A stretch of DNA of 64,000 bases from Candidatus Krumholzibacteriia bacterium. GTDB lineage: Bacteria; Krumholzibacteriota; Krumholzibacteriia; Krumholzibacteriales; Krumholzibacteriaceae. Positions 21,535 through 33,426 of the stretch are shown piece after piece. The position numbers and the translations under genes are program-made. The stretch spans positions 96,001 through 160,000 of the forward strand of contig CAWIIQ010000003.1 in the NCBI GenBank assembly GCA_963836185.1, read 5' to 3'. The notes beneath the pieces were generated by a model that made no database searches, was not told where the DNA came from, and saw only the letters and a program-made list of their open reading frames with translations. Numbering within the stretch: the stretch's first letter is position 1; every line of letters begins with the position of its first letter.

Positions 21535-22752
21535 TCAGTCGCCCAGGGGCTCCGCGGACAGCCATCCTGAATAATCTACCGCGCCGTTGGCGCCTTGTCT
21601 TATGATCTGCGGCGGGATCTGCAGGGGATCGTTCGTTCCCCAGTAGTTCCCCGTCATGTCTACAGGATCCGTGTTCGAGTATGAGTCAATAAACATGACT
21701 GTCCGCAGGACCATCTGCCCGCCTATTTCCGGTCCGTTATTGAAAAGCGAGCAGCCATTCACCACGGGACTGGCGCTTCCCGCCAGGACAAACCCGTACT
21801 GGCCGTTGTTCGCGACGACGCAGCCCGTCACTTCGATCGCGGTGGATCCACTTGCCATCATGGAGATCCCGTAGTTACCATTAAATCTAATTGATGAATC
21901 GCTGACGAGCAGCGTCGCATACGATACATATATTCCCGAGCCGTTATCCCATATCCTGGATTCCGATAACGTCATATCGGCGCCGTTTTCGACGGATATC
22001 CCCTCGCCGCTCGTCTGGTCCACGATGATATTGTCCGCCACGACAACGCAGTCATCCTCAGCATCTAATCCATCTGTCGAAGAGGCTATTGTAAGATAGT
22101 TCAGGTTGCCTGACGCAAAAGATCCCCTGAACTTTACACCCTTCCATACCTTGTCCTCGCCGGGACACTTGTTCGGTATGAAGAGGACCCTGTCCTGCTC
22201 GGTGCCGTTGACTATCAACCCGCCGGCAACATCGAGTCCGCCGCCGGTACTGTTGAAGACGACCGTCACGCCCGCTTCCAGCGTGACCGTGATCAGATTG
22301 CCTATATTCAGCGGAAGCGCGTTCGGCACTATATAAGGATAATCTGTTTCATCGAGCACTCCACCCGAGATGAAGATGTCCAGCGTTCGGCCGACATCGA
22401 GGTCGATCCCCTTCGACGAATCATCGAGCCCGTCGGTGGCCCTGAGCGTGACCCTGTAAGTGCCGTGGCTGCCCGGCGCCTGCCAGGTCACGGCCTGGCC
22501 CTTGCCGTCGGAGGGAGTGAGAGTCCCCTCTTCGGCGTACCAGCTGTAACTGACCGAGTCGCCGTCCGCGTCAACAGCCTCCCCCATCAGAACGACCGAA
22601 TCGTTCGGCCCGAGGTAGCATATGTTTTTGGTGATCGTCAGGTCGCCGGGCGGAGTGTTCGCGAATTCGATCGAGTCATCACACCCCGGAACGGACGCAA
22701 CGATTGTGGAAAAGAACAGTAACACTATGGTAGCGCTGAATTTAGTGCGCAT
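21535..22752 (-). CDS. Lipoprotein with PKD/Ig-like domain and right-handed beta-helix
   Basis: Lipobox VPGC; DADGD...W.AP...G.Y.VTL.ATDG; repeated N-G-x-G-I strands; NYWG near C-terminus. Confidence 0.7.
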   Translation of the reverse strand: MRTKFSATIVLLFFSTIVASVPGCDDSIEFANTPPGDLTITKNICYLGPNDSVVLMGEAVDADGDSVSYSWYAEEGTLTPSDGKGQAVTWQAPGSHGTYRVTLRATDGLDDSSKGIDLDVGRTLDIFISGGVLDETDYPYIVPNALPLNIGNLITVTLEAGVTVVFNSTGGGLDVAGGLIVNGTEQDRVLFIPNKCPGEDKVWKGVKFRGSFASGNLNYLTIASSTDGLDAEDDCVVVADNIIVDQTSGEGISVENGADMTLSESRIWDNGSGIYVSYATLLVSDSSIRFNGNYGISMMASGSTAIEVTGCVVANNGQYGFVLAGSASPVVNGCSLFNNGPEIGGQMVLRTVMFIDSYSNTDPVDMTGNYWGTNDPLQIPPQIIRQGANGAVDYSGWLSAEPLGD

Positions 22753-22847
22753 TGTCGCCTCCTGGAGTAACTTGGTGGGGCTTGCGGCATTATATTAATC
22801 GCCGGTGGCTAAAGCAATGAAAAAATCGGGGTTTTTCGGGGAATTAT

Positions 22848-22887
22848 TGTTTCACGTGAAACAGCGGCGCGTGTTTCACGTGAAACG
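22848..22887. promoter_or_regulatory. Two tandem parS sites
   Basis: TGTTTCACGTGAAACA (22848-22863, perfect consensus) and TGTTTCACGTGAAACG (22872-22887). Confidence 0.95.
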
Positions 22888-22894
22888 TTCAGGT

Positions 22895-23506
22895 TCATCG
22901 GCCGAAGATCAGCGAGACCGCCTCGCCCCTGCCGCCCCCCAGCGGAGCCCTTCTTCCCGGCGAAAATCCCGTCGCCCCATCCATCTCCCTCTCCCACCCC
23001 TCTCCCTTTGCCGTAACGTAGATCCCTCCCTTTTTCAGCATTCCTGCCGCTATCGGAAGTATCTCGTCGAGCCGGCCTGCCGCTTTCGAGGTCACTACAT
23101 CGAAGGGGCCCCCTTCCGTCTCCGGCGTCGCCTCTTCGGCTCTCACCGCTATCCCCTCAAGGCCCAGCAGGGCCACCGTTCTCTCGAGGAACGAGGCGAG
23201 CCGTTCTTTTCTCTCGAACAGGGCCAACTCCAGGCCCGGGTTCGCCAGTTTCCATACGATTCCGGGGAATCCGGCGCCGGCGCCGATATCCGCGACAAAG
23301 GGGCCACCTCCTGCCAGCTCCAGCATTATCATCGAATCGGAGATCTGCGCGGCGATCACGTCGGCCATCCTCTCCCTGCCTGTCAGGTGCATACGGCCTC
23401 CCCACCTCACCAGCTCGGCGACATACTCCCTCGACTTCTCGGGAGGTTCCGCTCCCCCGAGCTCCACAAGCACCTTTTCCCATGTCTCGGCCAATTTATC
23501 CTTCAT
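22895..23506 (-). CDS. rsmG: 16S rRNA m7G527 methyltransferase RsmG/GidB
   Basis: DIGAGAGFPG; position after mnmG. Confidence 0.88.
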   Translation of the reverse strand: MKDKLAETWEKVLVELGGAEPPEKSREYVAELVRWGGRMHLTGRERMADVIAAQISDSMIMLELAGGGPFVADIGAGAGFPGIVWKLANPGLELALFERKERLASFLERTVALLGLEGIAVRAEEATPETEGGPFDVVTSKAAGRLDEILPIAAGMLKKGGIYVTAKGEGWEREMDGATGFSPGRRAPLGGGRGEAVSLIFGR

Positions 23507-25319
23507 AGCCGCCCCTCTCGATGAAGACCATGAGGACCGATACGTCCGAGTTCCTCACCCCGGCGAGCCTGGCCGCCTTCCCGAGTGTCTCCGGCCTGAA
23601 TTTCTCGAGCACTTCCCTCGCCTCTGTGCTCAGCGCCTCTATATCCCTGTATGAGAATCCCTCGGGGATCCTTCTTCTCTCCATCCTCTTGAGCTTTTCG
23701 GCGGTCCTGTCCTGGCGTTTGATATATCCGCTGTACTTTATCCGGATCTCGAGAGCCTCCCTTTCCCTCCTGCCCAGGCCGAGCGGGCCATAGGGCAGAA
23801 GGGGCTCCAGATCGTCCAGTGTGATCCCGGGACGCTGAAGAAGCCGTGCCGCGCGCATCCTCCCCGTCTCCTTCGTGCTTACGCTCTCTCCTTCCAGCCT
23901 CCGCCTGCCCCCCTGGACAGCTCTTCTGGATTCCGTCATCCTCTCCCACTGCTCTCTCTGAAGGAGCCCGAACCTCACGGCATACTTCAGGAGCCTCTCG
24001 TCCGCGTTGTCCTGCCTCAGGGAAAGCCTGTATTCCGCTCTTGAGGTAAACATCCTGTACGGCTCCCTTATCTCCTTTGTCACAAGGTCATCGATCAGAA
24101 CACCCGCGTAAGCCTCGCTCCGCCCCGGTACGAAGGGCTCCTTCCCCTCCATCGCAAGGACGGCGTTGATCCCTGCGACAAGGCCCTGGGCAGCGGCCTC
24201 CTCGTAACCTGATGTCCCGTTGATCTGCCCGGCAAGGTAGAGGCCGCGCAGGTCACGCGCCTCGAGGGTCGAATGTATCTGGTGCGGAGGGAAAAAATCG
24301 TACTCTATGGCGTATCCGTATCTCGCGATATCCGCCTCTTCCAGCCCCGGCACGGACCTTACCATCTCAAGCTGCACCTCTTCCGGAAGGCTTGTCGAGA
24401 GGCCGTTTACATATATCTCCTCAGAATCCCGTCCTTCCGGTTCGAGGAAGAGCTGGTGCCTCGGCTTTTCCGAGAACCTTACCACCTTGTCTTCTATCGA
24501 CGGGCAGTATCTCGGCCCCGTTCCCTGGATCTGCCCCGAAAAGAGTGGAGCGCGTCCTATATTCGCCCTTATGATCTCGTGAGTCTTCTCTGTCGTCCAG
24601 GTGACATGACACGGGACCTGGTCGACGACGAGCCTCTCCGTCCTGAACGAGAAGGGGGCCGGGTCCTCGTCGCCCGGCTGAGCCTGGCACCGGGAAAGAT
24701 CGATCGATCCCTTTACCAGCCGGGGGGGTGTTCCAGTCTTCAGCCTTGCCCTCTCGAGCCCGAGCCCTGCCAGCGAGTCGGAAAGAAGGCACGAAGGAGG
24801 CTCTCCCTCTCTGCCTCCAGGTATCTGCTTTTCACCTATATGCATCAGCCCGTTCGGAAATGTGCCCAGCGCGAGGATCACCTTCTCCGCGTCGATATTC
24901 CCGCCATCTGCCGTTCTCATCCTCCATCCCCCCGATCCATCCTTCTCCAGGCCGGTTATCTCCGCCTCTATCAGGTCGAGGTTCTTCTGTGCCTCGAGGA
25001 CCGAGAGCATCCTCTCGTGGTAGGCCGCCTTGTCCGCCTGCGCTCTCGGGGACCATACCGCCGGCCCCTTCGCCCTGTTGAGCATCCTGAACTGGATCCC
25101 CGCATGATCTATGCAGAGCCCCATCTCTCCGCCCAGGGCGTCGATCTCCCTGACAAGCTGCCCCTTCGCCAGTCCGCCGATCGCCGGGTTGCAGGGCATC
25201 CTGGCGATGTCTCCCTTTCGTATCGTGACAAGAAGCGTCTGCACGCCCATCCTGGCGCAGGCGAGCGATGCCTCGCACCCGGCGTGACCTCCTCCGATAA
25301 CTATAACAGGGTATCTCAA
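23496..25319 (-). CDS. mnmG: tRNA modification enzyme MnmG/GidA
   Basis: GGGHAGCEA, CNPAIGG, KTGTPPR, GPRYCPSIEDK, AGQINGTSGYEEAAAQG. Confidence 0.97.
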   Translation of the reverse strand: MRYPVIVIGGGHAGCEASLACARMGVQTLLVTIRKGDIARMPCNPAIGGLAKGQLVREIDALGGEMGLCIDHAGIQFRMLNRAKGPAVWSPRAQADKAAYHERMLSVLEAQKNLDLIEAEITGLEKDGSGGWRMRTADGGNIDAEKVILALGTFPNGLMHIGEKQIPGGREGEPPSCLLSDSLAGLGLERARLKTGTPPRLVKGSIDLSRCQAQPGDEDPAPFSFRTERLVVDQVPCHVTWTTEKTHEIIRANIGRAPLFSGQIQGTGPRYCPSIEDKVVRFSEKPRHQLFLEPEGRDSEEIYVNGLSTSLPEEVQLEMVRSVPGLEEADIARYGYAIEYDFFPPHQIHSTLEARDLRGLYLAGQINGTSGYEEAAAQGLVAGINAVLAMEGKEPFVPGRSEAYAGVLIDDLVTKEIREPYRMFTSRAEYRLSLRQDNADERLLKYAVRFGLLQREQWERMTESRRAVQGGRRRLEGESVSTKETGRMRAARLLQRPGITLDDLEPLLPYGPLGLGRREREALEIRIKYSGYIKRQDRTAEKLKRMERRRIPEGFSYRDIEALSTEAREVLEKFRPETLGKAARLAGVRNSDVSVLMVFIERGGYEG

Positions 25320-25353
25320 AAACAGACCGCCAGAATGTGGATATAGTTAGTAA

Positions 25354-26721
25354 CTATTTGCCAATACAGAAATTAGAAAATATCTCGTCGAGGATGTCCT
25401 CGGCTGCCGACCTGCCCGTGACCTCACCGCAGGCATCGAGCGCCTCCCTTATCTCGAGGCTGAGGATCTCTGCCGGGGAATTTTCCCCCAGCTCTTTCAG
25501 GAGTCTCTCGAGCGCCTCCTCTGCACGACGCAACGCCATGCCCTGTCTTATGTTAAGGGCAATACGCTCGCCCTCGAGGCTTGATATCCCGCCGTTTGCC
25601 GTGAACTCGAAGATCTTCTCCCTGAGGTCCGCAAGCCCTTCTCCGGTGACCGCCGAAGCCGTTACCGTCCGCTGCGTGCCTGCGGGCGAATTTTCCGCCG
25701 CCTCCCCGCCTCCAGGGACAAGGTCGGCCTTGTTCACCACTACGAGCCTGCTCCCCGTTTCGTGTGCCCTCAGCTCCTCCATCGCCCCGTCCGTCCATCC
25801 CTCGCCGGCGTCTATGACGAAGAGGACGAGATCGGCCGCGCCGGCCGCCTCTCTCCCCTTGCGCATCCCTTCGCTCTCGATCTCGCAACCCGTCTCGGCC
25901 AGACCGGCCGTGTCCTCGAGATAGTACGTGTATCCCCGGATATGGATCCGCTCCCTCAGCACATCCCGCGTAGTGCCGGGAACGGATGATACGATGGCCC
26001 TTTCCTCGCCGAGAAGGGCGTTGTACAGGCTGCTCTTTCCCGCGTTTCTCGGCCCTGTGATCGTTACCCTGATGCCCCGCCTCAGCTGCGCTCCGGCCAC
26101 CTCTGATTCGAGAAGGTCCGAGATCTCAACGATCAGGGTCCGTGAAAGGGCAGCGAGGCCTTCGGCCGAATATGTCTCTATATCCTCTTCGGGGAAATCG
26201 ATCGATGCCTCGACCAGCGCGAGGTTCGTCCGCAGCCTTTTCTCGATCGCCACGACCTTTCTCGAGAGGCCTCCCTCGAGATGCTCGAGCGCCACCTGGG
26301 CCTGAAGCCTTGTTTCGGCAGCTATAAGGTCCGCCACGGCTTCTGCCTGTGCGAGGTCGAGCCTGCCCGAAAGGTAGGCCCTCCTGGTAAACTCGCCAGG
26401 CCCGGCAAGACGCGCCCCCCTGCGGACTGCCTCCTCGATGATCGAGGATACGACCTGCATGCTCCCGTGGCACGAGATCTCAACCGAATCTTCGCCTGTA
26501 TATGAATTCGGGCCGTGAAAGAGGGATGCTACGACATCGTCGAGCATCTCCCGGCCCTTGCCGCAGAGAGCGCAGTTGTGGAGCGTTCTCGGCTCCCACG
26601 CCCCCGCTCCGGGCGCCATCGTCTCCAGGATCCCTGCCGCCTCCGGTCCCGAGATCCTGATAACCGCGATCCCCGAGCTGCCGGGCGGCGTGCTCAGGGC
26701 GACGATCGTGTCACCGTGCAT
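25354..26721 (-). CDS. mnmE: tRNA modification GTPase MnmE/TrmE
   Basis: DTIVALST, SYTGED, GPRNAGKSSL, GTTRD, DTAG, NKAD, FCIGK. Confidence 0.97.
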   Translation of the reverse strand: MHGDTIVALSTPPGSSGIAVIRISGPEAAGILETMAPGAGAWEPRTLHNCALCGKGREMLDDVVASLFHGPNSYTGEDSVEISCHGSMQVVSSIIEEAVRRGARLAGPGEFTRRAYLSGRLDLAQAEAVADLIAAETRLQAQVALEHLEGGLSRKVVAIEKRLRTNLALVEASIDFPEEDIETYSAEGLAALSRTLIVEISDLLESEVAGAQLRRGIRVTITGPRNAGKSSLYNALLGEERAIVSSVPGTTRDVLRERIHIRGYTYYLEDTAGLAETGCEIESEGMRKGREAAGAADLVLFVIDAGEGWTDGAMEELRAHETGSRLVVVNKADLVPGGGEAAENSPAGTQRTVTASAVTGEGLADLREKIFEFTANGGISSLEGERIALNIRQGMALRRAEEALERLLKELGENSPAEILSLEIREALDACGEVTGRSAAEDILDEIFSNFCIGK

Positions 26722-26725
26722 GGCT

Positions 26726-27430
26726 CTAGTCTCTGTCTCTGTACCGGCCGCCGCCCCTTCTCTCCCGCCCCTTGCCCGCAGGCGCTATGCAGACCTTCCT
26801 CATATCGCCGTTGCCGGTAGTATATGTCGATATTCCCTCTTCGTTTGTGAGGGCAACGTGGACGATCCTTCTCTCGGACGCCTTCATGGGCTCCATCTGG
26901 ACCTCACGGTTCGATTTCCTCGCCCGTTCGGCCGCCTTGACCGCCTTCTGCCGGAGGATCTCCTGGCGGTTCTTGAGGTACCCGCCGACATCGAGCGTCA
27001 GCCTCTGGTACCCTCCCATCTTTCTCGAGACGATCCGGCCGACAAGGTGCTGAAGGGAATTGAGCGTGTCTCCCTTTCGCCCTATCAGAAGGCCGTCTAC
27101 TCCCGCCGTCTCGATATTTATATAGGTGGCGTCATCGTCGGTCTCGGAGAAGAGCCTGTAGCTGATATCAAGGCTTTCCATTATGTAGCCCGCTACCTCG
27201 TCGGCTATCTCCTCGATCCCTTTCGAGTCGGTCTTCTTTGTGACCCTTATCCTCGCGTCCCTCGCGCCGAATATGTTCAGCACGCCCTTCTGTCCCGCGT
27301 CGAGTATCTCTATCTCGACATTCTCTACCTTCGTGTCGAGCGTCTTCAGCGCCCTGGCGAGAGCTTTCTGCACACTTTTGCCGGTAGTCTCTATGACTTT
27401 CCCGCTCTCTTCTATTCCGGAACCTCTCAT
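26726..27430 (-). CDS. jag: Jag/KhpB (EloR) RNA-binding protein
   Basis: Jag-N (GKSVQKAL), KH (LIGRKGDTLNSLQ), R3H (ERRIVH). Confidence 0.93.
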   Translation of the reverse strand: MRGSGIEESGKVIETTGKSVQKALARALKTLDTKVENVEIEILDAGQKGVLNIFGARDARIRVTKKTDSKGIEEIADEVAGYIMESLDISYRLFSETDDDATYINIETAGVDGLLIGRKGDTLNSLQHLVGRIVSRKMGGYQRLTLDVGGYLKNRQEILRQKAVKAAERARKSNREVQMEPMKASERRIVHVALTNEEGISTYTTGNGDMRKVCIAPAGKGRERRGGGRYRDRD

Positions 27431-27481
27431 GTCGATATCTCCTCTTTCCCGATATCAGAATCCTGTCGATATGCTGGCCTG

Positions 27482-29257
27482 TCAGGCCCTTTCGACGACT
27501 GTCAGATCTTCGGACTCTATCTGTCTGTGAACTATATACTGCTGGACGATCGAGAATATATTGTTGACCAGCCAGTAAAGCACAAGCCCCGAGGGCATGT
27601 TGTAAAACAGGACGGTGAACACTACCGGCATCATCGTCTGCATCATCTTCTGCTGGCCCGCGGCCCCGGTCGCCGGGCCACCCGTGGGCGAACCGCCTCC
27701 GGTCTTCGACTGGACGTACATCGCAACGCCCATCAACAGCGGCAGAAGGTGGAACTCGCTCCCGAGGAATGGGAGCTTTACCCCGAAATCAAAAAGAACG
27801 TCGGGCGAAGAAAGGTCGTTCATCCACAGAATGAACGGAGCCCCCCTCAGCTCGATCGTATTCCTCAGAACGCTGAACAGCGCGATGAAGACGGGCATCT
27901 GGAAGAGGAGCGGCAGGCATCCGCCCAGCGGATTGACTCCGGCCTCCTTGTACAGCTTCATCGTCTCCTGGTTCAGCTTGGTCTTGTCATCCTTGTACTT
28001 GTCCTGCAGCTCCTTCAGCCTCGGCTGAAGCCTCTGCATGTCCTTCATCGATTTGAAGCTTTTGTGTGTCAGCCTGTAGAAGAGGACCTTTGTCAGGACC
28101 GACAGGATGATGATCACGACCCCTATGTTGGGGATGAATCCTCCCATCCATATCATCAGCCCAAGGATGAATTTGCTGAAGAACCGCAAGCGTCCAAGGT
28201 CGATAGTCTTCTCCAGGCCCACACCGTATTCCTTCAGCGCGTTGATGTCCTGCGGGCCCATGTAGAGAACGAATTCGTCCCTGACCATCCTTGGATCGCC
28301 GCTGAAAGGATAGGTGACCGACCAGCCGACCTGCGGCAGGTCCTTGTCCCCTGTCATCCCCAGCGTCCCTGTCCTCTGCGTCCCCGTAAGGACGGCGGTG
28401 AGGAAATACTTGCTCCTTGCGCCCGCCCAGACGACAACGCCTTCCTGTTCCTTCAGCCCGGTCTTTCCGAAACTCCGCGCCGATTCGGTGAAGATCTCCT
28501 CGCCGACCTTGCCCATCGAGGCAAGCTGGCGTTTCTCCCACTTCTGGTCCTTTTCGTTCAGCGCCAGGCCGCAGCTCCAGGAAACCGAATAGGAGCGGCT
28601 GTCCCTGAGCGCCCCTTCCCTGCCTATCGCAACGGAAAGTCCAGCTTCGTAGCTGCCGCGCATGAATCTGAACCGTTTCTCTACCATTCCTCCATCGGCC
28701 GATTCCCTTGTGAAGGCTATCTCGGCCTCGTCGTTTCCCTCGCCGAGGAGTACGCGCTCTCCGTCAACGGCCTCCCTGCCATTCACCATGACCGCATAGC
28801 GAACGCCCGAAAGCCCCATCCAGCGGCCGTCCCTCTCTATGCTGAGCGAGACCGCGCCACCCCTGTTTTCCGGTACGAGCTGCACGTCGCCCCCGCCGAA
28901 CCTCCTGTATTCGGTAAGCTCTACGCTTGATATCTCCCCTCCCAGGCTTGTCAGCCTGACGACCATGGGGCCTGTATCAACCGTGATCGAGACTTCCTCC
29001 CCATCCTCGCCGAAAAAGCCTTCTGCTCCAGGCTCTACGGCTGTCTCCAGCTCCGGCACTTCTTCAGCTGCCTGCTCGAGATCCGGCGTCTCTACCGACT
29101 CTGTCGCCCCGGCTTCCGCCGCGGCGATCGAATCTGCCCTGGCCTGTTCGATCCTTACCCTCGCGGCTTCCTGCTGCCGGGGACGCACGTAGATCATCTG
29201 CCAGGCTATAAGTATCGCGAATGTGATAAAAATGGCGATTAATGAACGTTTGTCCAT
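27482..29257 (-). CDS. yidC: Membrane protein insertase YidC
   Basis: Large periplasmic domain; NPLGGCLPLLFQMPVF, WMNDLSSPD, PSGLVLYW. Confidence 0.96.
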   Translation of the reverse strand: MDKRSLIAIFITFAILIAWQMIYVRPRQQEAARVRIEQARADSIAAAEAGATESVETPDLEQAAEEVPELETAVEPGAEGFFGEDGEEVSITVDTGPMVVRLTSLGGEISSVELTEYRRFGGGDVQLVPENRGGAVSLSIERDGRWMGLSGVRYAVMVNGREAVDGERVLLGEGNDEAEIAFTRESADGGMVEKRFRFMRGSYEAGLSVAIGREGALRDSRSYSVSWSCGLALNEKDQKWEKRQLASMGKVGEEIFTESARSFGKTGLKEQEGVVVWAGARSKYFLTAVLTGTQRTGTLGMTGDKDLPQVGWSVTYPFSGDPRMVRDEFVLYMGPQDINALKEYGVGLEKTIDLGRLRFFSKFILGLMIWMGGFIPNIGVVIIILSVLTKVLFYRLTHKSFKSMKDMQRLQPRLKELQDKYKDDKTKLNQETMKLYKEAGVNPLGGCLPLLFQMPVFIALFSVLRNTIELRGAPFILWMNDLSSPDVLFDFGVKLPFLGSEFHLLPLLMGVAMYVQSKTGGGSPTGGPATGAAGQQKMMQTMMPVVFTVLFYNMPSGLVLYWLVNNIFSIVQQYIVHRQIESEDLTVVERA

Positions 29258-29302
29258 TCTTCACTTCCCTTCGGCGATGCGTCAGGTTTTTCGCAGCTTG
29301 AG

Positions 29303-29527
29303 TCAGCGGACGGGGTCATAGCCCCCGGCGGAGAATGGATGGCAGCGCAGAAGCCTCATGAGCGCCCTGGCCGAACCCTTGAAAGGTCCGTACTTCTTCA
29401 GCGCCTCTTCGGCATAATGTGAACAGGAAGGTGTATATCTGCAGACTGGTCCGTGATACGGGGATATGGCGATCCTGTATATCCTGATGGCCGATACGGC
29501 CGCTTTTGTCAGAATTCTTGTTATCAT
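29303..29527 (-). CDS. yidD: Membrane protein insertion efficiency factor YidD
   Basis: CRYTPSCSHY, RLLRCHPF...GGYDPV. Confidence 0.95.
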   Translation of the reverse strand: MITRILTKAAVSAIRIYRIAISPYHGPVCRYTPSCSHYAEEALKKYGPFKGSARALMRLLRCHPFSAGGYDPVR

Positions 29528-29874
29528 ACGCCGTTTGATATCAGTCCGGCTCTCTTTAAAGAGCTCTCTACATCTTCCGTCAGCTGCTTCAGTGTTGTCT
29601 CCGACGGGTCGAACGAGGCGATGAATACTATCCAGAGATTCTTTTCGTTGATGTGGCGGGCTATGCTTCTGTATGCCTCTCTCATCAACCTCTTCGCCCT
29701 GTTTCGCTGACTGGCCCTGTTTCCTACATTTTTTTTGCTGGCCACAAATCCCGGGAGGATCCCCCCGTCGCCGGTTTTCAGGAAATAGATGACGATCTTC
29801 TTTCCGGCTTCCCTGCGGCCCTCTCTGTAAGCACGTCTGAATTGACTTGTGTTCTTGAGTCCCTTCGGTGCCAT
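29524..29874 (-). CDS. rnpA: RNase P protein component
   Basis: ASKK...RNRAKRLMRE (RNR motif); synteny. Confidence 0.9.
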   Translation of the reverse strand: MAPKGLKNTSQFRRAYREGRREAGKKIVIYFLKTGDGGILPGFVASKKNVGNRASQRNRAKRLMREAYRSIARHINEKNLWIVFIASFDPSETTLKQLTEDVESSLKRAGLISNGV

Positions 29875-29897
29875 GGGTTCATTCCGCCCCCCGCACC

Positions 29898-30032
29898 CTA
29901 GGTCGCGAGGCGCTTTCTTCCTCTTGCCCTCCTTCTCTTGAGCACCAGACGGCCGTTCTTCGAACTCATCCGTTTGCGAAATCCGTGTGTCCGTTTTCTT
30001 CTCTTGTTATGCGGCTGATATGTTCGCTTCAT
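29898..30032 (-). CDS. rpmH: 50S ribosomal protein L34 (not in ORF track)
   Basis: Manual translation [44 protein letters not shown]. Confidence 0.97.
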   Translation of the reverse strand: MKRTYQPHNKRRKRTHGFRKRMSSKNGRLVLKRRRARGRKRLAT

Positions 30033-30379
30033 ATCCGGGTCCCCGATCCTCTTCTAAATAGTTGAAGGCGTTGCCATTTACAGTATATAAACAACTTACA
30101 ATAGAAAAGGGGGTCAATGATGTCAAGCATTATATGCTCCAGGCGCCCTAATCCTCAGCGCCCCAACCTCTTTTGAAAGCATGGGCCGGAGCGTTCGGCG
30201 GTCCGCACTGGACATCATCCGGAGTCAACGAATTTTGACTTTCGTATCTCCATATTTGTTAGATGCTTGTAAAATTTTTCCTCTTTTTGGAAAAATTGCC
30301 TTGCTAAGCTTTCTGCCAGCGTGCTACATTTCCGTCCGCGGGATGAGGGGAGTATTCCAAATTTCCATGTGCCAACACC

Positions 30380-30502
30380 CTTGATCTACACCATCCGGAC
30401 CGAATGCGTGGAATTGTGGAAAACGCTCTTTAGACACTCAGGGTAGCCCGCCGAATCGATTGTCACACTTAAAAATAACGGGTTTTCCACAATTGTGGGA
30501 AA
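30380..30502. promoter_or_regulatory. DnaA boxes upstream of dnaA (oriC part 1 / dnaA autoregulation)
   Basis: TGTGGAAAA (30415-30423), TTTTCCACA (30483-30491), TGTGGGAAA (30494-30502), degenerate TGATCTACA (30382-30390). Confidence 0.75.
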
Positions 30503-30616
30503 TTCGGGGGAAAAGGGAAATAACCGTTATTTCCTGTGCATTGGTGTCGCTGGTGCCCAAAAAGAGATACAGGGGTGAAGGGTGTTGGAGATCGGCCGTT
30601 CAGGGGGGAAGAATCA

Positions 30617-31954
<1,338 letters not shown>

Positions 31955-32200
31955 CACATCATTTCCACACTTTCCACAGAGAACCTGTTAACAACCCCTT
32001 GATACCTTGTGGATATCGCGATTGTGGAGAAGCCCGCCTCGTTTTTCCGGCCATATTCACATCGCTTTATACATCGCAATATCCCGGATTTTTCAATACG
32101 GGCACTTCTTCCAGGGTTGTTATGAACATTTCAACACCCCCTACTACTACTAATGTTCTATTTGATTATTTAAGAAAAGAAGAAGAAATCCGGAATCCGG
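31955..32200. other. Replication origin oriC (dnaA-dnaN intergenic part with unwinding element)
   Basis: DnaA-box-like 9-mers at 31961, 31970, 32008, 32023, 32053, 32120, 32128, then CCCC, CTACTACTACTA (32141-32152) and an AT-rich tract; gene orientation flips nearby. Confidence 0.85.
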
Positions 32201-32291
32201 AGAGGTACCTTTTTTCATTGAATATCACACCCCGATTGAATTATGATTTCGTCCCCGGATGTAATAAAAGGATATATCAGGAGGTTTCGGC

Positions 32292-33399
32292 GTGAAGATC
32301 CAGGTGCCGCTAGGAGAGCTCACAAAAAAGATGAACGCGATATCGTCAGTAGTGCCGGGTAAGACGACCATGCCCATTCTGTCGATGGTGCTGGTCAGCG
32401 CCGAAGATGCAGGAATCAGATTCTCGGCGACGGATCTTGATATATCCGTGACATCAAAGGTATCGGGCAAGGTCGAGTCAACGGGCACTATCGCCGTTCC
32501 CGCGAAGAAGATCGCCGAGATCGTGAAATCTCTTTCGGGGGACGAGGTGACCCTCGAAGCCGAGGGAGAGAAGCTGACGATAAGGTGCGGCAAGAGCAGG
32601 TTTTCTGTAAACGGCCGGAGCGCTGATGATTTCCCGAAGATGCCGAAGCAGGAAAGCAGCACGGAATTCGAGTTACAGTCGCCTCTTCTGAGAAAGATGA
32701 TACAGAAGACGATATATGCGGTATCGACAGACCTTACCAGGCCGGCGCTGTGCGGTGTCCTGTGGGAGGTGGACCGCAGTGGATTGACGATGGTTTCGAC
32801 GGACGGGCACAGGCTTGCGAAGGTCGAGGCGAAGGTCGAGCTGAAAGGATGTCGAGAAGGCCGAAGTCATCGTTCCGCCGAAGGCGATGGCTACGTTCCG
32901 GTCATATTCAGAAAAGGACGAGATGATAAAGATCGGCCTGGGAGACAACAGTGTATCGATAGAGATGGACGAAGTATCGATATACTCAAGGCTGCTCGAG
33001 GGGCCATTCCCAAGCTATCAGAAGGTCATTCCCTCGGGGAACACAAAGGCTCTTACCGTGACAAGGGATGAACTCTCTGCAGCCACAAAGAGGGTATCGA
33101 TCCTTTCCGACGCGCTCACTCACCAGGTCGTGTTCTCTGTAGACAGGGACAAGCTCACACTTCATGTGACGACTCAGGACCTTGGCGATGCGAGAGAGGA
33201 ACTCGAGGCGAACTACGCGGACGAGCCGATGGATATCGGATACAATGCCGCGTACATACAGGATATACTCAGGACTATCGATGGTGATGAGATCTCATTC
33301 AGGCTCGACAGGCCGGACAATGCCGGCATGGTCACGCCGGTAGAGGAAAAGGGAGATCTCAAGCAGCTGTGCATCGTCATGCCCCTCAGGATAAACTGA
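32292..33399 (+). CDS. dnaN: DNA polymerase III beta clamp (extra A near 32845)
   Basis: PIL, ATDL, RPALCG, STDGHRL, SRLLEGPFPSY, VMPLR. Confidence 0.95.
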
Positions 33400-33426
33400 T
33401 CGGCCGGGAGGGAGCGGTGAACGGGA

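Noticed and set aside
22809-22997. Small ORF containing VSRET twice
   Set aside because: It is only the translation of the two parS palindromes
26558-28930. Long antisense ORFs (this 790-aa one, also 49141-50791 region, 7843-9378, 9047-10435)
   Set aside because: Shadow frames opposite well-supported genes, expected from GC-rich codon bias
32840-32860. Programmed frameshifting in dnaN and other split genes
   Set aside because: No slippery heptamer or stimulator at the dnaN site, and breaks are scattered over many unrelated genes
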